Source: Eledone cirrhosa (taxonomy: Eukaryota). From it: a DNA stretch of 64,000 nt. Made by a program: the position numbers and the translations under genes. Numbering within the stretch: position 1 is the first letter of the stretch; the number at the start of each line of letters is the position of its first letter. Below are positions 25,950 to 40,659 of the stretch, piece after piece. Below the pieces are notes generated by a model. That model was not told the DNA's origin. It made no database searches and saw nothing but the letters and a program-made list of their open reading frames with translations. The stretch lies in contig OZ024741.1 in the NCBI GenBank assembly GCA_964016885.1, forward strand, positions 325,438,001-325,502,000, written 5' to 3'.

Positions 25950-26139
25950 ATTGTTTCTACCTTTGGCACAAGGCCAGCAACTATCCCAGTGCATTACTGG
26001 TACTTTATTTTATCGACCCCGTAAGGATGAAAGGCAAAGTTAACCTCGGCGGGATTTGAACTCAGGCAATAAAGGGCCGTAACTCTTTGCTGCAAAGCAT
26101 GGCGTCCGACCCCCTACCGATACTGCCAATCCACCGCCC
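25950..26139 (-). mobile_element. Family A SINE
   Basis: Full-length match to the 7360 and 41769 copies. Confidence 0.85.
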
Positions 26140-26257
26140 TCAAATAAATAAATAAATAAATAAATAAAGAGACAAAAACAACACTGGAAATAAATGTAAG
26201 CATAAATACTGTGGGGGTGATATGAATCGGGTTAATGTTTAGTGGATAAGCGTAAGC

Positions 26258-26342
<85 letters not shown>

Positions 26343-26607
26343 AGAAATGTGAAGACTAAAATCCGAAGAGGGTTCGATAAGGTTTATATATATATATATA
26401 TATATAAGTATGTACATGTACATACATATATGTATACAGACGTACAGTAGTATGTATATATATATATACATACATGCACACATATATATATGTACGTATG
26501 GATTCACCGAACATTCATTATAATGCTCGGTGTGTTTGTAAACAAACATCCCGTATTAAGCCGTAGTGTTCAGCAACCATCGTTGAAAGTAAAATTTATG
26601 TATTCTG

Positions 26608-26815
26608 CAAAACATAATCTCCATTCAATAACATCTTTACAGTGCTTATGCAAAGCATTTAACTCTTTCTGGAACCATTCCTTTGGCAATTGTCGAAACC
26701 AGCTTAACGATTCATCTACCCCCTCTTCTAATGAAGCGAAACAAATTTTCAAAGATGTTGCTTTATCTTGAACACTCAACGATCGCACAAATTTAAATCG
26801 GGGCTATAGGGTGAT
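26608..26815 (-). pseudogene. Mariner transposase C-terminal relic
   Basis: Minus strand encodes PYSPDLNLCD, then F.S.EE.....WFRQLPKEWFQKELNAL, with a stop and frameshift. Confidence 0.72.
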
Positions 26816-28007
26816 TGTTTGATCATTGCCATTCTTCTCCTCTGGAAAAAAAATCTTTTGTGGATTGAGCATTTCGATGCATCTATTATAAACTCACAAG
26901 AATGGCAACAAAATAATTATGCATAGGCCTGTGACAAAATACAGCATTCATACAAAATGATTGATTGAGAGTGAAGTTGGGAGGAGTTGGGGGTGTGTGA
27001 GCGGAATGTGATGGTCTGATTTGTTCCCTAGAAGTAATGTTGATGGGTGTTTAAGGAGTGTTTTAGAAAAGGCTTGAGAAAGTGTACTCCTGCTTTATCG
27101 ATTTCAATGGATGTAGCGAAATATAATGACCAAATCCTTTTAAAATTATTTTCTTATAACTGAATAAACTATCTTAAATTTATAAAGAAACACTTTAACA
27201 ATTTTCTATATTAAAGGTGAATATGGGGGTAAGATACATGTCTTTTGATAAAAGGAGTGGACAGCAAAGAGAAAAATAAGGTGATAAGGTTCGTTTTGGA
27301 ATTATTGTTGAGAGAAATGTATGTTGTTGTATATATAGTTTACGAAAGTCACCGATGTCATTTCAGTTATCTCCGGGCATGACCCTCTCACTCAATGAGA
27401 CAATAAGCTTGTAGTTGTGAAACTGTATCTCGATGTTCAGAGTGCACACATAATAGTTATATAGGTAAAAAAACAAGAGAAAAATCAAGGCAACCTAAGA
27501 ATAAAAGCCAGAACACACCCAAAAATCAATAATAGTCTAGAATTAAGCAAACAATACCTAATATTGAACTAGGTATACAACACCTAACTTAGAAGGCTAC
27601 AGAGCGTTACACATAAGGGTACACATGCGCCCGCATGCGATCATGTAGATGCGTAATTATATACCTAAGTGCGCGTACATTTTGCATATGTGTGAGTGGG
27701 CTTATTTGCTTGTGCGAGAAGATACTCACCCACCAGTTTATTTATCTGTGAGAGATTATGTATAAGCATTCATGTGTTTACACGATTATATTCATACATG
27801 TGTGCGCATTTGTGTGCATGCTTACACACACATATATATATATATGCATGTATGTGTGTGTCAGCGTGTATTTCTATGTATATGTTTATGTAGATTTAAA
27901 GGGAATAACTCTGTACCCCCTTTGCTCTGTCAAGATCTTTAATTCTATTAAAACTAAAGAAGGTAAAAAAAAACCCACATTTCCGGCAGTATAATATAGC
28001 GCGATCC

Positions 28008-28100
28008 ATCGAAAACTGGATTAGTTCCTTTTATTTTCCTCGGAAGAAGAGATTTTAATCTCGGAATATCAGGACATATAAATAAATTAAGGTGAAATAC
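28008..28100 (+). repeat. Dispersed repeat with a degenerate hammerhead-like core (second copy 33522-33605)
   Basis: tcct-cggaaga-agagatt-tt-aatctc-ggaa-tatc-agga versus cct-ccgaaga-agagat-att-atctc-gaaa-atta-agg. Confidence 0.5.
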
Positions 28101-28740
28101 ATAACATCTTGTTTGACTCTTTGTTCGTCCATTTCACATTGTCGAAGCTTTCAAACTTCAAATTTTATATACCATACACAATGCTTCAAGTAAACTACAA
28201 ATTTCTCATATATATATATAATAAGGGGTTAACCGAACAAGGATGTGCGGACCACGTATCCGTTTGCAATGATTATTGTTCACCTTTACTACCCTTCTGT
28301 GACCACTGTATCACGTGTTAATTTCTCCCTCCGCTTCTCGAGAATTTCTCACTTGTTACGAATGCGTCAAGAAACAGACATTTTTTTTAGGGGTCTCTTG
28401 ATAAATCCTATCAACCTAACAGCGATGGTGCACTTCTATAGTGCATAAATTGCTGCAAACGGATTCGGCGAAACTGCAGCCGGGACTTTGAGGATAAAAT
28501 AGGTATATTTTTGTCTATTATTTCCACGCATATTTTTGTCTATTATTTCCTTAATTTGATAAATAGCTCTGATTATTGAGTCATTTTAATTTTTTGGATT
28601 ATTTTAACTCTTTCGGTTATCGAGCAACACTTGTTAAGGCGGACATCACACACACACATATACATATGAATATGTGTGTGTATATCATTATATATCTATT
28701 TATCTATCAATCAATCTCTCTCTCTCTATCTCTCTCTCTC

Positions 28741-28857
<117 letters not shown>

Positions 28858-29357
28858 TGTGTGTGTGTATAATACACACACACACACACATATATTTATA
28901 CACACAATATGCGTGTAGCTATATAGCGCATATATCATATATAACCTCGATTTGGAGACTTAAGCTAGGTGTAGCTGTTTCGCAAACACGACTAAGTCAT
29001 GGGCTTTGGCTTCTTAAGTCAGTGTAGTGAAGATACGTTATTCATTTTTTTATGGTGCTTTGAAAAATCTGTTTTTATTTACTACAAATCATTTAAAGAT
29101 ATTTCGTGCAAAAATGAATCTGTGGTCGGTAGGTTCGCTATGCAAACATCTGGCTCCCTGTTCAAATCCATTGCGCAAGGGTTTGGACAAGAATATTATT
29201 TATTTATTTTTTGTCTACTGTCGTTTTGAGTTAATCAAAGCTTCGTGAGTAACACTGAGCAGACGGAAACTGCATGAAATACCACGTGATTATACACACA
29301 CACACACACATACCCACACACACGCACACATATATATATGTATGTGTACATATATAT

Positions 29358-29538
<181 letters not shown>

Positions 29539-29949
29539 TAGTAATACTAAACGAAGGCTAGATTTCATAACATCTTTAATTACGCAATTAGTCCTAATAC
29601 GTATTTCTGTGGTGAAATGGTTACGACATGATATCATGACGCAATCCATGACAGACCATTTTCAGATTGTACATCTTGGTTAACTATGCCATGTAGGAGC
29701 ATTTGGGTAGATGAAGACTGTTTGGAAGCCACCGGAGGAACTGTACCAGTAATTTAAAGGACCAGCTTTGTCGCACACTGACACATAGAATCTCCCTGAA
29801 AATTACGCGAAGGGTACACGTGGCTATGGAATACTCACTCAGTCACTTAGACCAGACCTGTCAACTCTCCCTGTCCGACGGGGAGATCTCCCAACCACCT
29901 TCGGGTGGGTGAGAGATGTCTTCTCTTGTGAAAATAGGTATAGCTTGAG

Positions 29950-30032
29950 GTTCACTTTGCCTTTCATCCTTACGGGGTCGATAAAATAAAGTACCAGTAA
30001 TTGCTGGCCTTGTATCAAAAGTAGAAACAATT
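29950..30032 (+). mobile_element. 5'-truncated family A SINE
   Basis: actttgcctttcatccttacggggtcgataaaataaagtaccag. Confidence 0.8.
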
Positions 30033-30547
30033 ATGTAAAACCTCGCCATTTGCCTAATTTTTTCCCGTTTGGGGACACTTTTTTTCATGGTACTCCTCGT
30101 TCGGGTTTTTAGAGGTTGGCAGCTCTGCTTACATATTAATTTCATGAGCAGGAAGTTCCGTAGATAGAAAAACTGGAACACTAATCGTCGATACAAACTG
30201 AGGTCCATCAATTGATCGAATACACAGACCACTATACAAGAAGAAAAAATAAACAATAACATAAAAAATGTAAACTAAAATACAAATATTCAAATGTAAT
30301 AATACGTAGACCACTATAGAAACAACAAAATAAAAAAAGGAAAGAAATACGAATGCAAAGTAATATGCAGAAATTCACATTATGATACATAAGCCAATAT
30401 ATAAAAATTTATATAAAAAACAGCACTATACAATATATAATAAAAAAACTCATTATACAATCCTAACACACACATATATACACACACACGCATATATATA
30501 TATATCCACACATATATATATATATATATATATAGATAGATACACAC

Positions 30548-30628
<81 letters not shown>

Positions 30629-31067
30629 TATACTGTATATATTACAAAGACCCACACACAATATATATATATATACGTGTATATATATATATATATATAT
30701 ACATACACACACACACACACATATATATATATACACACACACACATACACACACACATACACACACGCATATATATACGTGTACATGTTAATTCATGGGA
30801 ACATGTAGAGAATAAAATGTGGAAGTAGAGAAAACAAATCAAGCAACAACATAGAAATAAAAACAAACGTATTGAAATGGTGAAGATTTGGAGACAAAAC
30901 AATCTTATACATTAATAATAATAAAAAAATAAAATACAGGATTTTTTTTTAAAGGTACAGGTATTATTTCTCTTCCTCTGTGTCGGTGTGTGTATGTATG
31001 CATTTAGATTTACATAACAGCAACAACACAACAGCACACACACACACATATATATGTATATATATAC

Positions 31068-31128
<61 letters not shown>

Positions 31129-31364
31129 AACACACACACACACATATATATACATACACACGCACGCATGCACACACATATATATATACACACAGACGTA
31201 CACACACACACGCACACATACACACACATATATATATAATGTAAATATATATAAATATAAATATATGTAAATATATATATATATATATATGTAGATAGAT
31301 ATAAATATAAAAATAATTGTATATAAATATATATATATAAAATATATATATATAAATATATATA

Positions 31365-31436
<72 letters not shown>

Positions 31437-31494
31437 TATATATATATATACAAATATATATATATATATATATATACATATATATATACATATT

Positions 31495-31548
<54 letters not shown>

Positions 31549-31634
31549 CATATATATATATACATAGATACATACATATATACATATACATATATATATA
31601 TACATATATATATACATACATTGGTGTGTTTATG

Positions 31635-31670
<36 letters not shown>

Positions 31671-31927
31671 CATAAACACACCAATGTATGTATATATATG
31701 TATATACATACATACACAGCCATACACACACCAATACATATATATATGTTTATTTTATTGTGAGGTGTTGTTTATTTAAATATAAGTAATATTATCTTCA
31801 TTATTCAATGTAAAAACATAAGAGAGCCAATTATTTTTTGGTATATCTTTCTACGTCAGCTGCCTTGGAACGAGGCAGATAAAAAATATTTTACTGTCAA
31901 ATACATACATTCAAGCAGTTGTTTGTA

Positions 31928-32021
<94 letters not shown>

Positions 32022-32022
<1 letters not shown>

Positions 32023-32448
32023 TGGGAAGGTGAATGTGGCAAAGATGGCCCGAGTGGTTGGGCCTTCTATCTATATAAGCCTGTATGTTGAGGAAAAAGA
32101 GGAAGAGAGGAAGGGAGTACTCACTCTTGGTGCTCCTGGAGATGAGGGTTGTACATTTTTTCGGGGTGTGTACAACCCCTGTGTAACACCTCCCCCGTAT
32201 TGGGGATTTCAATTGTTATTTGTTATTGTATTAATAGTTTTATTTTCATATACCTGTATGTAAACTCCCCATTTGTATTTGTCCCCTTCTTTTGTGCGCT
32301 TGTGGCTAATAAAGAAATTTATTTATACATCTATTATAGTTTATTGTTATTTATTAATGTTAAAGTTATATAATTTTTATGTAAAACCCTCGCCGTCACG
32401 TCTTGTAATGTCCCATTTTTGTACGCTCCTGTGGCAAATAAAGAAAGA
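32022..32448 (+). mobile_element. 3' end of a Tx1/L1-like LINE related to 2620-6000, in (TATC)n
   Basis: Encodes V.VAKMARVVGPSIYISL like the ORF2 C-terminus. Has a duplicated tgtaaa.....ttgt...gtccc...gtggc.aataaa module, with (ctat)n upstream and atctatctatc downstream. Confidence 0.85.
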
Positions 32449-32633
32449 TATCTATCTATCTATTTATTTATCCATTTTTCTACCTATCTATTTACCCATC
32501 TACCAATCTCTTTCTATATATATATATATTTATGTATATATATATAGGAGAAAGTATGACCCCGACGGCAGAGCTCAAACCGTTTCGACGGCTATTTCTG
32601 GACTTAAGTTCCTTACCACAACTCCTCCGTCGT

Positions 32634-32671
<38 letters not shown>

Positions 32672-32687
32672 CGTGTATATGTACACA

Positions 32688-32780
<93 letters not shown>

Positions 32781-32941
32781 CCATTTACAAATATCTATAA
32801 CCAAAAAACACGCACACATAGAATATGATATAATTATGCATAAATGTATAACTACTTATATATGTACATATATGCGCACACATATATCATAGGAATACAC
32901 ACACATACACAAACGCGAGTATATACCTGCATGTTTGTATG

Positions 32942-32972
<31 letters not shown>

Positions 32973-33392
32973 AACAAGGTTTAGTAAATAATGAAAAAGT
33001 TTCAAAATAAATTTTAAAAAATTGACTTTACCTACTATAGTTACCTTTACCGATCGGTTTCGAATGCAAAAAATAAAACGGAGACCATACGGCCTTCGTT
33101 GCAAAGAGAGATACTCGTCAGAAGGTTCTTTTCATTCAAAGAATATAAAATTCCTGAATTTAAATCACAAACTAGCGCTATCAAAAACTGTTCCTGGGAT
33201 GAGAGTGGATGATGTAGAACAGGTTTATCAAGGGCCGTAGCAAAGATAGAGGCAAAAGGAGGTAGGTCAAACTAGCCACCGCTGTTGCCAGCAGCAGTCG
33301 GAATGACCCGGTTTGTTCTCAACGTTAGTGGAGGTAGTAGTAATATGAAATACGTCCCTTCACGCACAAGGCGCCTTGTGCGTGAAGGGACG

Positions 33393-33400
<8 letters not shown>
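32973..33400 (-). mobile_element. (TA)n-flanked insertion with terminal palindrome and hammerhead
   Basis: Perfect 56-bp palindrome at 33345-33400 and a hammerhead at 33043-33126. Confidence 0.7.
33043..33126 (-). ncRNA. Type I hammerhead ribozyme with extended stem II
   Basis: accuu-CUGACGA-G...(ugcaa...uugca)..C-GAAAC-cgaucg-GUA-aaggu. Confidence 0.75.
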
Positions 33401-33456
<56 letters not shown>

Positions 33457-33685
33457 GAGGAAGTTATAGTTCTGTCCAGCTGACAGGAAATGGCAACATG
33501 ACTTGGCAAGCTATTTAGAACACTGGTTTAACCGCTTTACTTCCCTCCGAAGAAGAGATATTATCTCGAAAATTAAGGACATTTAAATAAATCTAAGGTA
33601 AAAGACTAATTGTCAACACTATCTTTTGCATTTGCATTTTTTTATTCTATGTCCATACTTGCATTGTTTTGGCTTTACAAATTCA

Positions 33686-33720
<35 letters not shown>

Positions 33721-33726
<6 letters not shown>

Positions 33727-34073
33727 AGATCAAAAGATGGTTAAAGGAGTTCCATGTATTTTATTATGCGCATTTCAAAAACAAACATCATCATGTAATA
33801 ATATTTGTGTTTTCATCAGATAAAACAGGAGAACATGATATGAAGGCTAAAAAACACTTGTGGATAGTGCAGTTTTAAATCAACATATTTTTGAAATGCG
33901 CATTTGAAATGCATTTGAAATGCGCATTTTTGAAATGCGCATAATAAAATACCTGGAACTCCTTTAACCATCTTTTGATCTTATATTATGTATACTCCAG
34001 TCCTACAAACTGTAGAGTGCTTCTTATCCGATATCTGCATTGCTTTATTGTACTACAATAAAACTCACCTCCT
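33721..34073. mobile_element. Fold-back PLE terminal remnant in (TA)n
   Basis: Arms 33721-33780 / 33927-33987, tail 33988-34073. Confidence 0.8.
33758..33826 (-). ncRNA. Type I hammerhead ribozyme
   Basis: guuuuau-CUGAUGA-(long stem II acaaauauuauua/ugaugauguuugu)-GAAA-ugcgca-UA-auaaaau. Confidence 0.82.
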
Positions 34074-34076
34074 ACA

Positions 34077-34149
<73 letters not shown>

Positions 34150-34180
34150 ATACATATACACACATACGTATGTATGAATG

Positions 34181-34237
<57 letters not shown>

Positions 34238-34610
34238 ATACATATACACACATACGTATGTATGAATGTATGTATATATATATATATATTTATACAAACG
34301 TTTTTGTGTGTGTATATGAATGGCTTACTATGTACCTGTTTCTTTCTGTTCTGACAAGTGAGTATATAAAATTGAGAACGTGACCACCTAAGTGTATATG
34401 TAGGCGTACTCTCGTGTTTCTACGCACGTACGCGCGCGGGTGTGTGCAGGAGTATGTGCATGAGCCTGTGTATGTGTATGTACACACACATGTAAGATCA
34501 TTGAACATTATATGCGTACACACATTCATACATATACATATGTTGAGTCGCAAACCCGGTAACGAAGGAGAAGGATAGTGGCACATGTATGCAAATCACC
34601 ACAACACATG

Positions 34611-34697
<87 letters not shown>

Positions 34698-34715
34698 TAT
34701 ACATATATATATATA

Positions 34716-34796
34716 CGATATTCCAATAACTTGAGTGCTTTATATCAGTTATAAAATATTTACTTGTTGTAACCCAACAATTTTAAATAAAACTTT

Positions 34797-34870
<74 letters not shown>

Positions 34871-34957
34871 AACTGCGAAACCGGTAAAGGAACCATATAA
34901 ATATATATATTTAAAAGAAAAATAAGACTCCAGTTGCATTTTCGATTTCATCTCTTT

Positions 34958-34960
<3 letters not shown>
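34716..34960 (+). mobile_element. Solo PLE-B-type tail (34716-34800) and family C fragment (34866-34960) separated by (TA)n
   Basis: Similar to 20245-20335 and 20565-20646 respectively. Confidence 0.8.
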
Positions 34961-34995
<35 letters not shown>

Positions 34996-35007
34996 ATATA
35001 TATATTA

Positions 35008-35091
<84 letters not shown>

Positions 35092-35099
<8 letters not shown>

Positions 35100-35287
35100 A
35101 ATGGCTTCTACAGGACTAGAACTGTTTCATTCGGGAGAAATCATCATTGGGCTTCCTGATGATTTCTCCCGAATGAAACAGTTCTAGTCCTGTAGAAGCC
35201 ATTTCTATATTAAATATTTATACTCTGCTATGTATTGAGTACCTTACTTACTGTGGTTACCCCCGATTGAACCCGGGGTAAACTTTT
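35092..35287 (+). mobile_element. Fold-back PLE terminal remnant with hammerhead core
   Basis: 55-bp perfect arms 35092-35146 / 35157-35211; CUGAUGA-uuuc-uccc-gaau-GAAAC at 35156-35179; tail 35212-35287. Confidence 0.8.
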
Positions 35288-35484
35288 ACACACACACACA
35301 CATACAGACACACACACACAGACACACACACACGCACACACATATATATATATATATATAAAATAAGATATTGTAGTTAGTTTGAAGTATAGTATATAAT
35401 ATATATTGTGAAGAGTAATATTTCTGTTTTGTTATTTTGCTTACATATATCATTTTCCACATTATATAAATCTTCTCTCGATTC

Positions 35485-36460
35485 GCAGGTAGCGGCTCTA
35501 CCTGGAGTGACTGTCTGATCTCTGAGCTACGCACTCTAACGAGTAACGTTACTCGAAAGACCCTTCGAAGGAGCCCCATTTCGGCCGCTTGTATTCGCGA
35601 TCGTATTTTTTCGGTCATTACCCAAGATTCATGACCATATTTAAGGGTTGGCACGAATACCGAATTGAAGATAGCGAGTTCGACTTTTACACCTACTTCT
35701 CTTCTGATTACTGAATGCTGAAGTAGGCACCTTACTGTACCAGCTCCTGAAATTCTTGCATTTAATTCAGCCTCCTGCATTCCAGCACTCATGTACACAG
35801 CCCCGAGATAATTTAACTCCTCTACCTGCTTTAATGGAACTCCATTCACATGTAGAGTGCACTGCGCAGGCTTCCTTGAGAGGACGTGTGTCTCAGTTTT
35901 CACAGCACTGATTTTCATTCCAGCCATGCAGCATTCGTTTCAAGTGCAAATCGGAGATCACCTTCTGTAGAGTTAAGTAACACAATGTCGTCTGTAAATT
36001 CCAGCCGACTGATTTTACACGCACCAGTCAGGATACCACTTCCAACTCGGCTGCGCATGTTCATGTAAATATTGAACAGAAGAGGTGACAGTACGCATCC
36101 CTGGCGTAGTCCGATTTCCACATTGAATGGTTTTGATTTAGCACCAGCTATCCGAGAACAAATACTCGAAAATTCGTATAGAGACATCAGGGCAGCAAGA
36201 AGCTGACCATCGATCCCATACTCCTGCACAACCTTTCTCAGCAGGTCCCGATGAACGCGGTTACAAACCCTTCCAAGGTCTGCAAAACAAGTATATACCA
36301 CTTGCCAATACTCCGACGATTTCTCGAAGCCTTGCCGCTGCGTGAATATTTTGTCGGTTGTGCAGCGTCCAGGGCGAAAACCGCACCTTTAATTAGTTAG
36401 CTTGGACTCGACAATCTCCCTACAGCTCTTTGCCAGACATTTAGCATAGACTTTACCCTG
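35485..36460 (-). pseudogene. Degenerate RTE-like LINE RT fragment
   Basis: GFRPGR, GLRQGCVLSPLLF, EFTDD, YLG, PTLKYGHESW and IQAAEMG.LRR. Confidence 0.87.
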
Positions 36461-37177
36461 TGATAAAATATAAATAAAATTATCTCGAATATCGAGTTTG
36501 AAGCGCGTGTATTAGAATTCGTAGAAGCCATTAAAACAGTAAAATGCCGTCAATGTAGCTTTATATTTCGGACGGATACCATGCCTGAGGGTTGTTGGCC
36601 ATTTCTTCCCTCTTCCTTTCTTCTCCCTTCTTTCAGTCTTTCTCTCTCTCTGTCTCTCCCGCTCTTCCCTTCCCCTTACTGCTTTTTTTCTTTCCTTCCC
36701 CTTTCTCCTACCTACTATTCTTACTGGTCACTTCCGCTTACTACCATCTCAGCACACAGAGCCATTGTTGTTGCCTTTTCTTACAGTGATCTGCGGCCGA
36801 GTGGATGCACTTTATTTTTCTCTCTATGACCTGTCTGTCTATCTAATCTGTTCGTTTCTCACACAAACGTCATACCTACAGAGATATTTATTTCTCCATT
36901 GAACGAGGCGTCTATTTTAGGTGGTACATTTAGTTAAATCGTCGAAAGCACAGGTGGTCTAAAAGCTGATGAGAGTATTTAAATGTTTGTGTGATCTCAT
37001 GTCCATTTTATTCCTTTTCTCCTTTTTTCCTATCACTTCTACGGGCTAACACACTTCTAGCCACTGATTTATATCCTTTGAGGTAAATTTTACCCGGTGC
37101 CGTCATTGGCGGTATTTTGCTGTACTATCAGCTTCATAGCATTGAGTGTTTCCCAATATTCTACGAATATATGTATA

Positions 37178-37370
37178 CCGTATTTCCCGGGGTCGAAGAC
37201 GCTACTTTTTTCCTAAAATAAGTTTCAAAAATCTACCATGCGTCCTGGAGGCCGAAGGTTATTTATTATTTTTTTTTCCAATTTTTTGTTGTCAAAATTA
37301 GGGTGCGTCCTCGAGGACGAGGGGTCATTTTTAGACCCCGTGAATTTCGTTATAACGGAATTTCACTGTA
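37178..37370. mobile_element. Tc1/mariner-superfamily MITE-like relic
   Basis: TA-ccgtatttccc terminus, internal gacgc/gcgtc repeats, and a cactg-TA end. Confidence 0.4.
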
Positions 37371-37829
37371 TATATATGCATGTGTACACCACACCACATA
37401 TATATATCTATAAACACACGAAAACTCCTACACATATATCTGCATTCAGTTTATTTTTCAATCAATGAATTATGCGAAAATGTAATCTTAAATGTAACTA
37501 TGGTTCTTTATACATTTCTCAATTCTTATTATATCCCATCTTACATTCATTCTTGCATATATATATATATATTCTGAAATTGTTTTTTAGCTTTCCTCAT
37601 ATCAGAAAATGATGTGAAGGGCGTCTTTTTGTTGGACGTTTTTGTTTTGTGGTATTTGGAGAAGAAAAATGAGGCCCGTTACGAAAGTATTATTCATGTT
37701 ACATACTTCATACATATAAGCACGGTGATGTAGATGGATACTGGCGTATCATGTAAATATATATATATATATATAATTGGATATATGAGAGGGTTGAGCA
37801 CAGATATAAGTATACATGTGTTCCAGTTG

Positions 37830-37871
<42 letters not shown>

Positions 37872-38020
37872 TATGGATATATATGTATGTCTATATTTAA
37901 ATTATTATCAGCACATATACCTATACATACCTAGATATATATCCACAACCGCATTTATGCATACATGCATATACACACATATTTTATTGTTGTTGTTGTA
38001 ATTGTTACTATTAAACACAT

Positions 38021-38078
<58 letters not shown>

Positions 38079-38094
38079 GTACACATACATATAC

Positions 38095-38175
<81 letters not shown>

Positions 38176-38547
38176 TTAATAAGATTTCAGGCACAAGAGG
38201 CGATATATATGTTAAGCAAATATAAATATACATACATTTTAAACATATGTACACCATAACGAAATATGTTTAACTGATAACATTAATTCATGTAAACAAA
38301 TGTACCGTAATATGAAGATAGTTGTACATAAATACATACTTATATATCTCTATTCATTATACATGCCCTGAAATACACGCAAATATGCACACACATGCAC
38401 ACATATACACAGGCATAAATAGAGATGAGAGAGAGGGAGAGAGAGTAAGAGAGAGAAAGAAAGAGAGAGGGAGGGAGAGAGAGAGTGAGGGAGAGATAGG
38501 GGGTGTAAAGGGAGAGAGATGTCAGAATGTTAGAAAAGATGGAGACA

Positions 38548-38589
<42 letters not shown>

Positions 38590-38843
38590 TATTTTGTCCA
38601 AAATGGCTATCGGAATACACTTGCTTTTTCACAAAATAATTTTTTATGTTCCTTCCCCTTCCCCTGCCCACTTTCTATCTTTCTATTTCATCTCCCGATG
38701 AAGGACTAGTGTCAGAAATGTAAATACACTTTTCCTACTTCCTACTATATTCAAACGTTAAACGTATATGTTTCTTCATTGTCCTGTGTTGTTTGCTTTG
38801 TTGTTTCCATTTATTCATTTTTAGACACGCACAGATATATATT

Positions 38844-38909
<66 letters not shown>

Positions 38910-38960
38910 TCTCTCTCTCTCTCTCTCCCTCTCTCTCTCTCTCCCTCTCTCACACACACA

Positions 38961-38994
<34 letters not shown>

Positions 38995-39009
38995 ATATAT
39001 ATGTATATA

Positions 39010-39418
39010 TATATATTGAAAGGATAACAAGGACGATTGGTTACTCCTTCATTACATTTATTGGTAGGTGACGCGCGTTTCGCCACTGATCAGCTCAAGG
39101 TTCGATCTGTATCGATCGTACTCGACTCTATAATCGGCAGCTCGACGGACACTTTAAAATGCTAGTAAAATGCTTTTAAAGGGTCCGTCGAGCTGCCGAT
39201 TATAGAGTCGGGTAATATCGATACAGATCGAACCTTGAGCTGATCAGTGGCGAAACGCGCGGCACCTACCAATAAATGTAATGAAGGAGTAATAAATCGT
39301 CCTTGTTATCCTTTCAATATATTACACTCTGTATAGCTCTACACCTCAACACAGAAGTGAACCTAAACATCGAGTGCTCACCCGGGTGAACCTGCAGTAA
39401 CTCCAAGTTACACTCCCT
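39010..39418 (+). mobile_element. Fold-back PLE terminal remnant with a hammerhead 3' half
   Basis: ~140-bp inverted arms (about 39012-39157 / 39174-39320); the left arm read on minus is gcGAAAC-gcgc-GUC-accuacc-AAUAAA; tail 39323-39418. Confidence 0.8.
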
Positions 39419-40659
39419 ACACACACACACATATATATATATATATGGAATAGAAGAAACGAAATTTCATTTCTCACTCTTAGTACGGCAGTTACTTAAA
39501 TGTGAGTATGTATGTATACGTACATACATATATGTATACAGACGTACAGTAGTATGTATATATATACATACATGCACACATATATATATGCACGTATCGG
39601 TTTACCGAACATTTATTATAATGCTCGGTTTGTTAGTAAACAAACAAACAGCCCGAATTATGCCGTACAGTGTTTAGGCAACCACGTCACCTTTTTGTTC
39701 ATCACTGACACAGGAACGATGTACTAGTTTCAGCTTATTAGCTATCGTCAGCAACGTATACGTTCCTGCCAGATGGTTGAACGTCTGAAAGTATATACTT
39801 TCCTTATGCATATTAACGGCTGAACAGCCTAATTTGCATATCGATATGGTTCATGGAGACGTTCTCTGGCAACGAACGGACAAAACGAAGATAATACGTC
39901 ATTATGTGGAGCGAGAAGAACAATTACACGCAAAGACAAAACCACGTAAATGGTATAACTGAAGTTGTAAACTAAAATTCTATCTAGGAAACCGGCTTCA
40001 GAGTTAAGAATAAAGTAAATAAAATACAGATGTAATTGAAATTAAATATATACATACACACGTCCATATACGTACAAACACAAGCATTCGCAAAACACTC
40101 GCCATGGGTATACAAATACAAGCACGTACACAAAAAAACCGCACGCACATACATAACCCATGCACACGTATACGAACGTATACATCAAATACACATAAAA
40201 ATATATATAAAAATATATATAAAAATATATATATATGTGTGAGTGTGTGTGCGTGTATACACATAATTAAATAAACGTATATAAATAAATAAATACGTAT
40301 ATAACGCGCGCGCACACATACCTACATGTAAATACACATTGTACGCAGACGTACGTCCCCAAAACACAAAGTACACATATACACACACCCTACATACGTA
40401 CGAACCCGCATACTCACACAGACGCAAAACTCACGTATACACATAACCAAATGCACATATACCAGAATATATAATATATACTCCATAACATATACAAGCA
40501 AATATACGTACGAGAAAGTATACGTACCTTCACAAACCATACAGGTAATATATACTTACCTATACGAATAAGTAATGGTATAAACATAACATATACTTAG
40601 CTACCACATCAAGACGTAAAATATCCGCGTATAGTTCGTACTATCCGTTAGGGTATAAT

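Noticed and set aside
38693-38725. ccgatgaagga...tcagaaatgtaa as a functional hammerhead
   Set aside because: Core and stem II are degenerate; at most an old relic.
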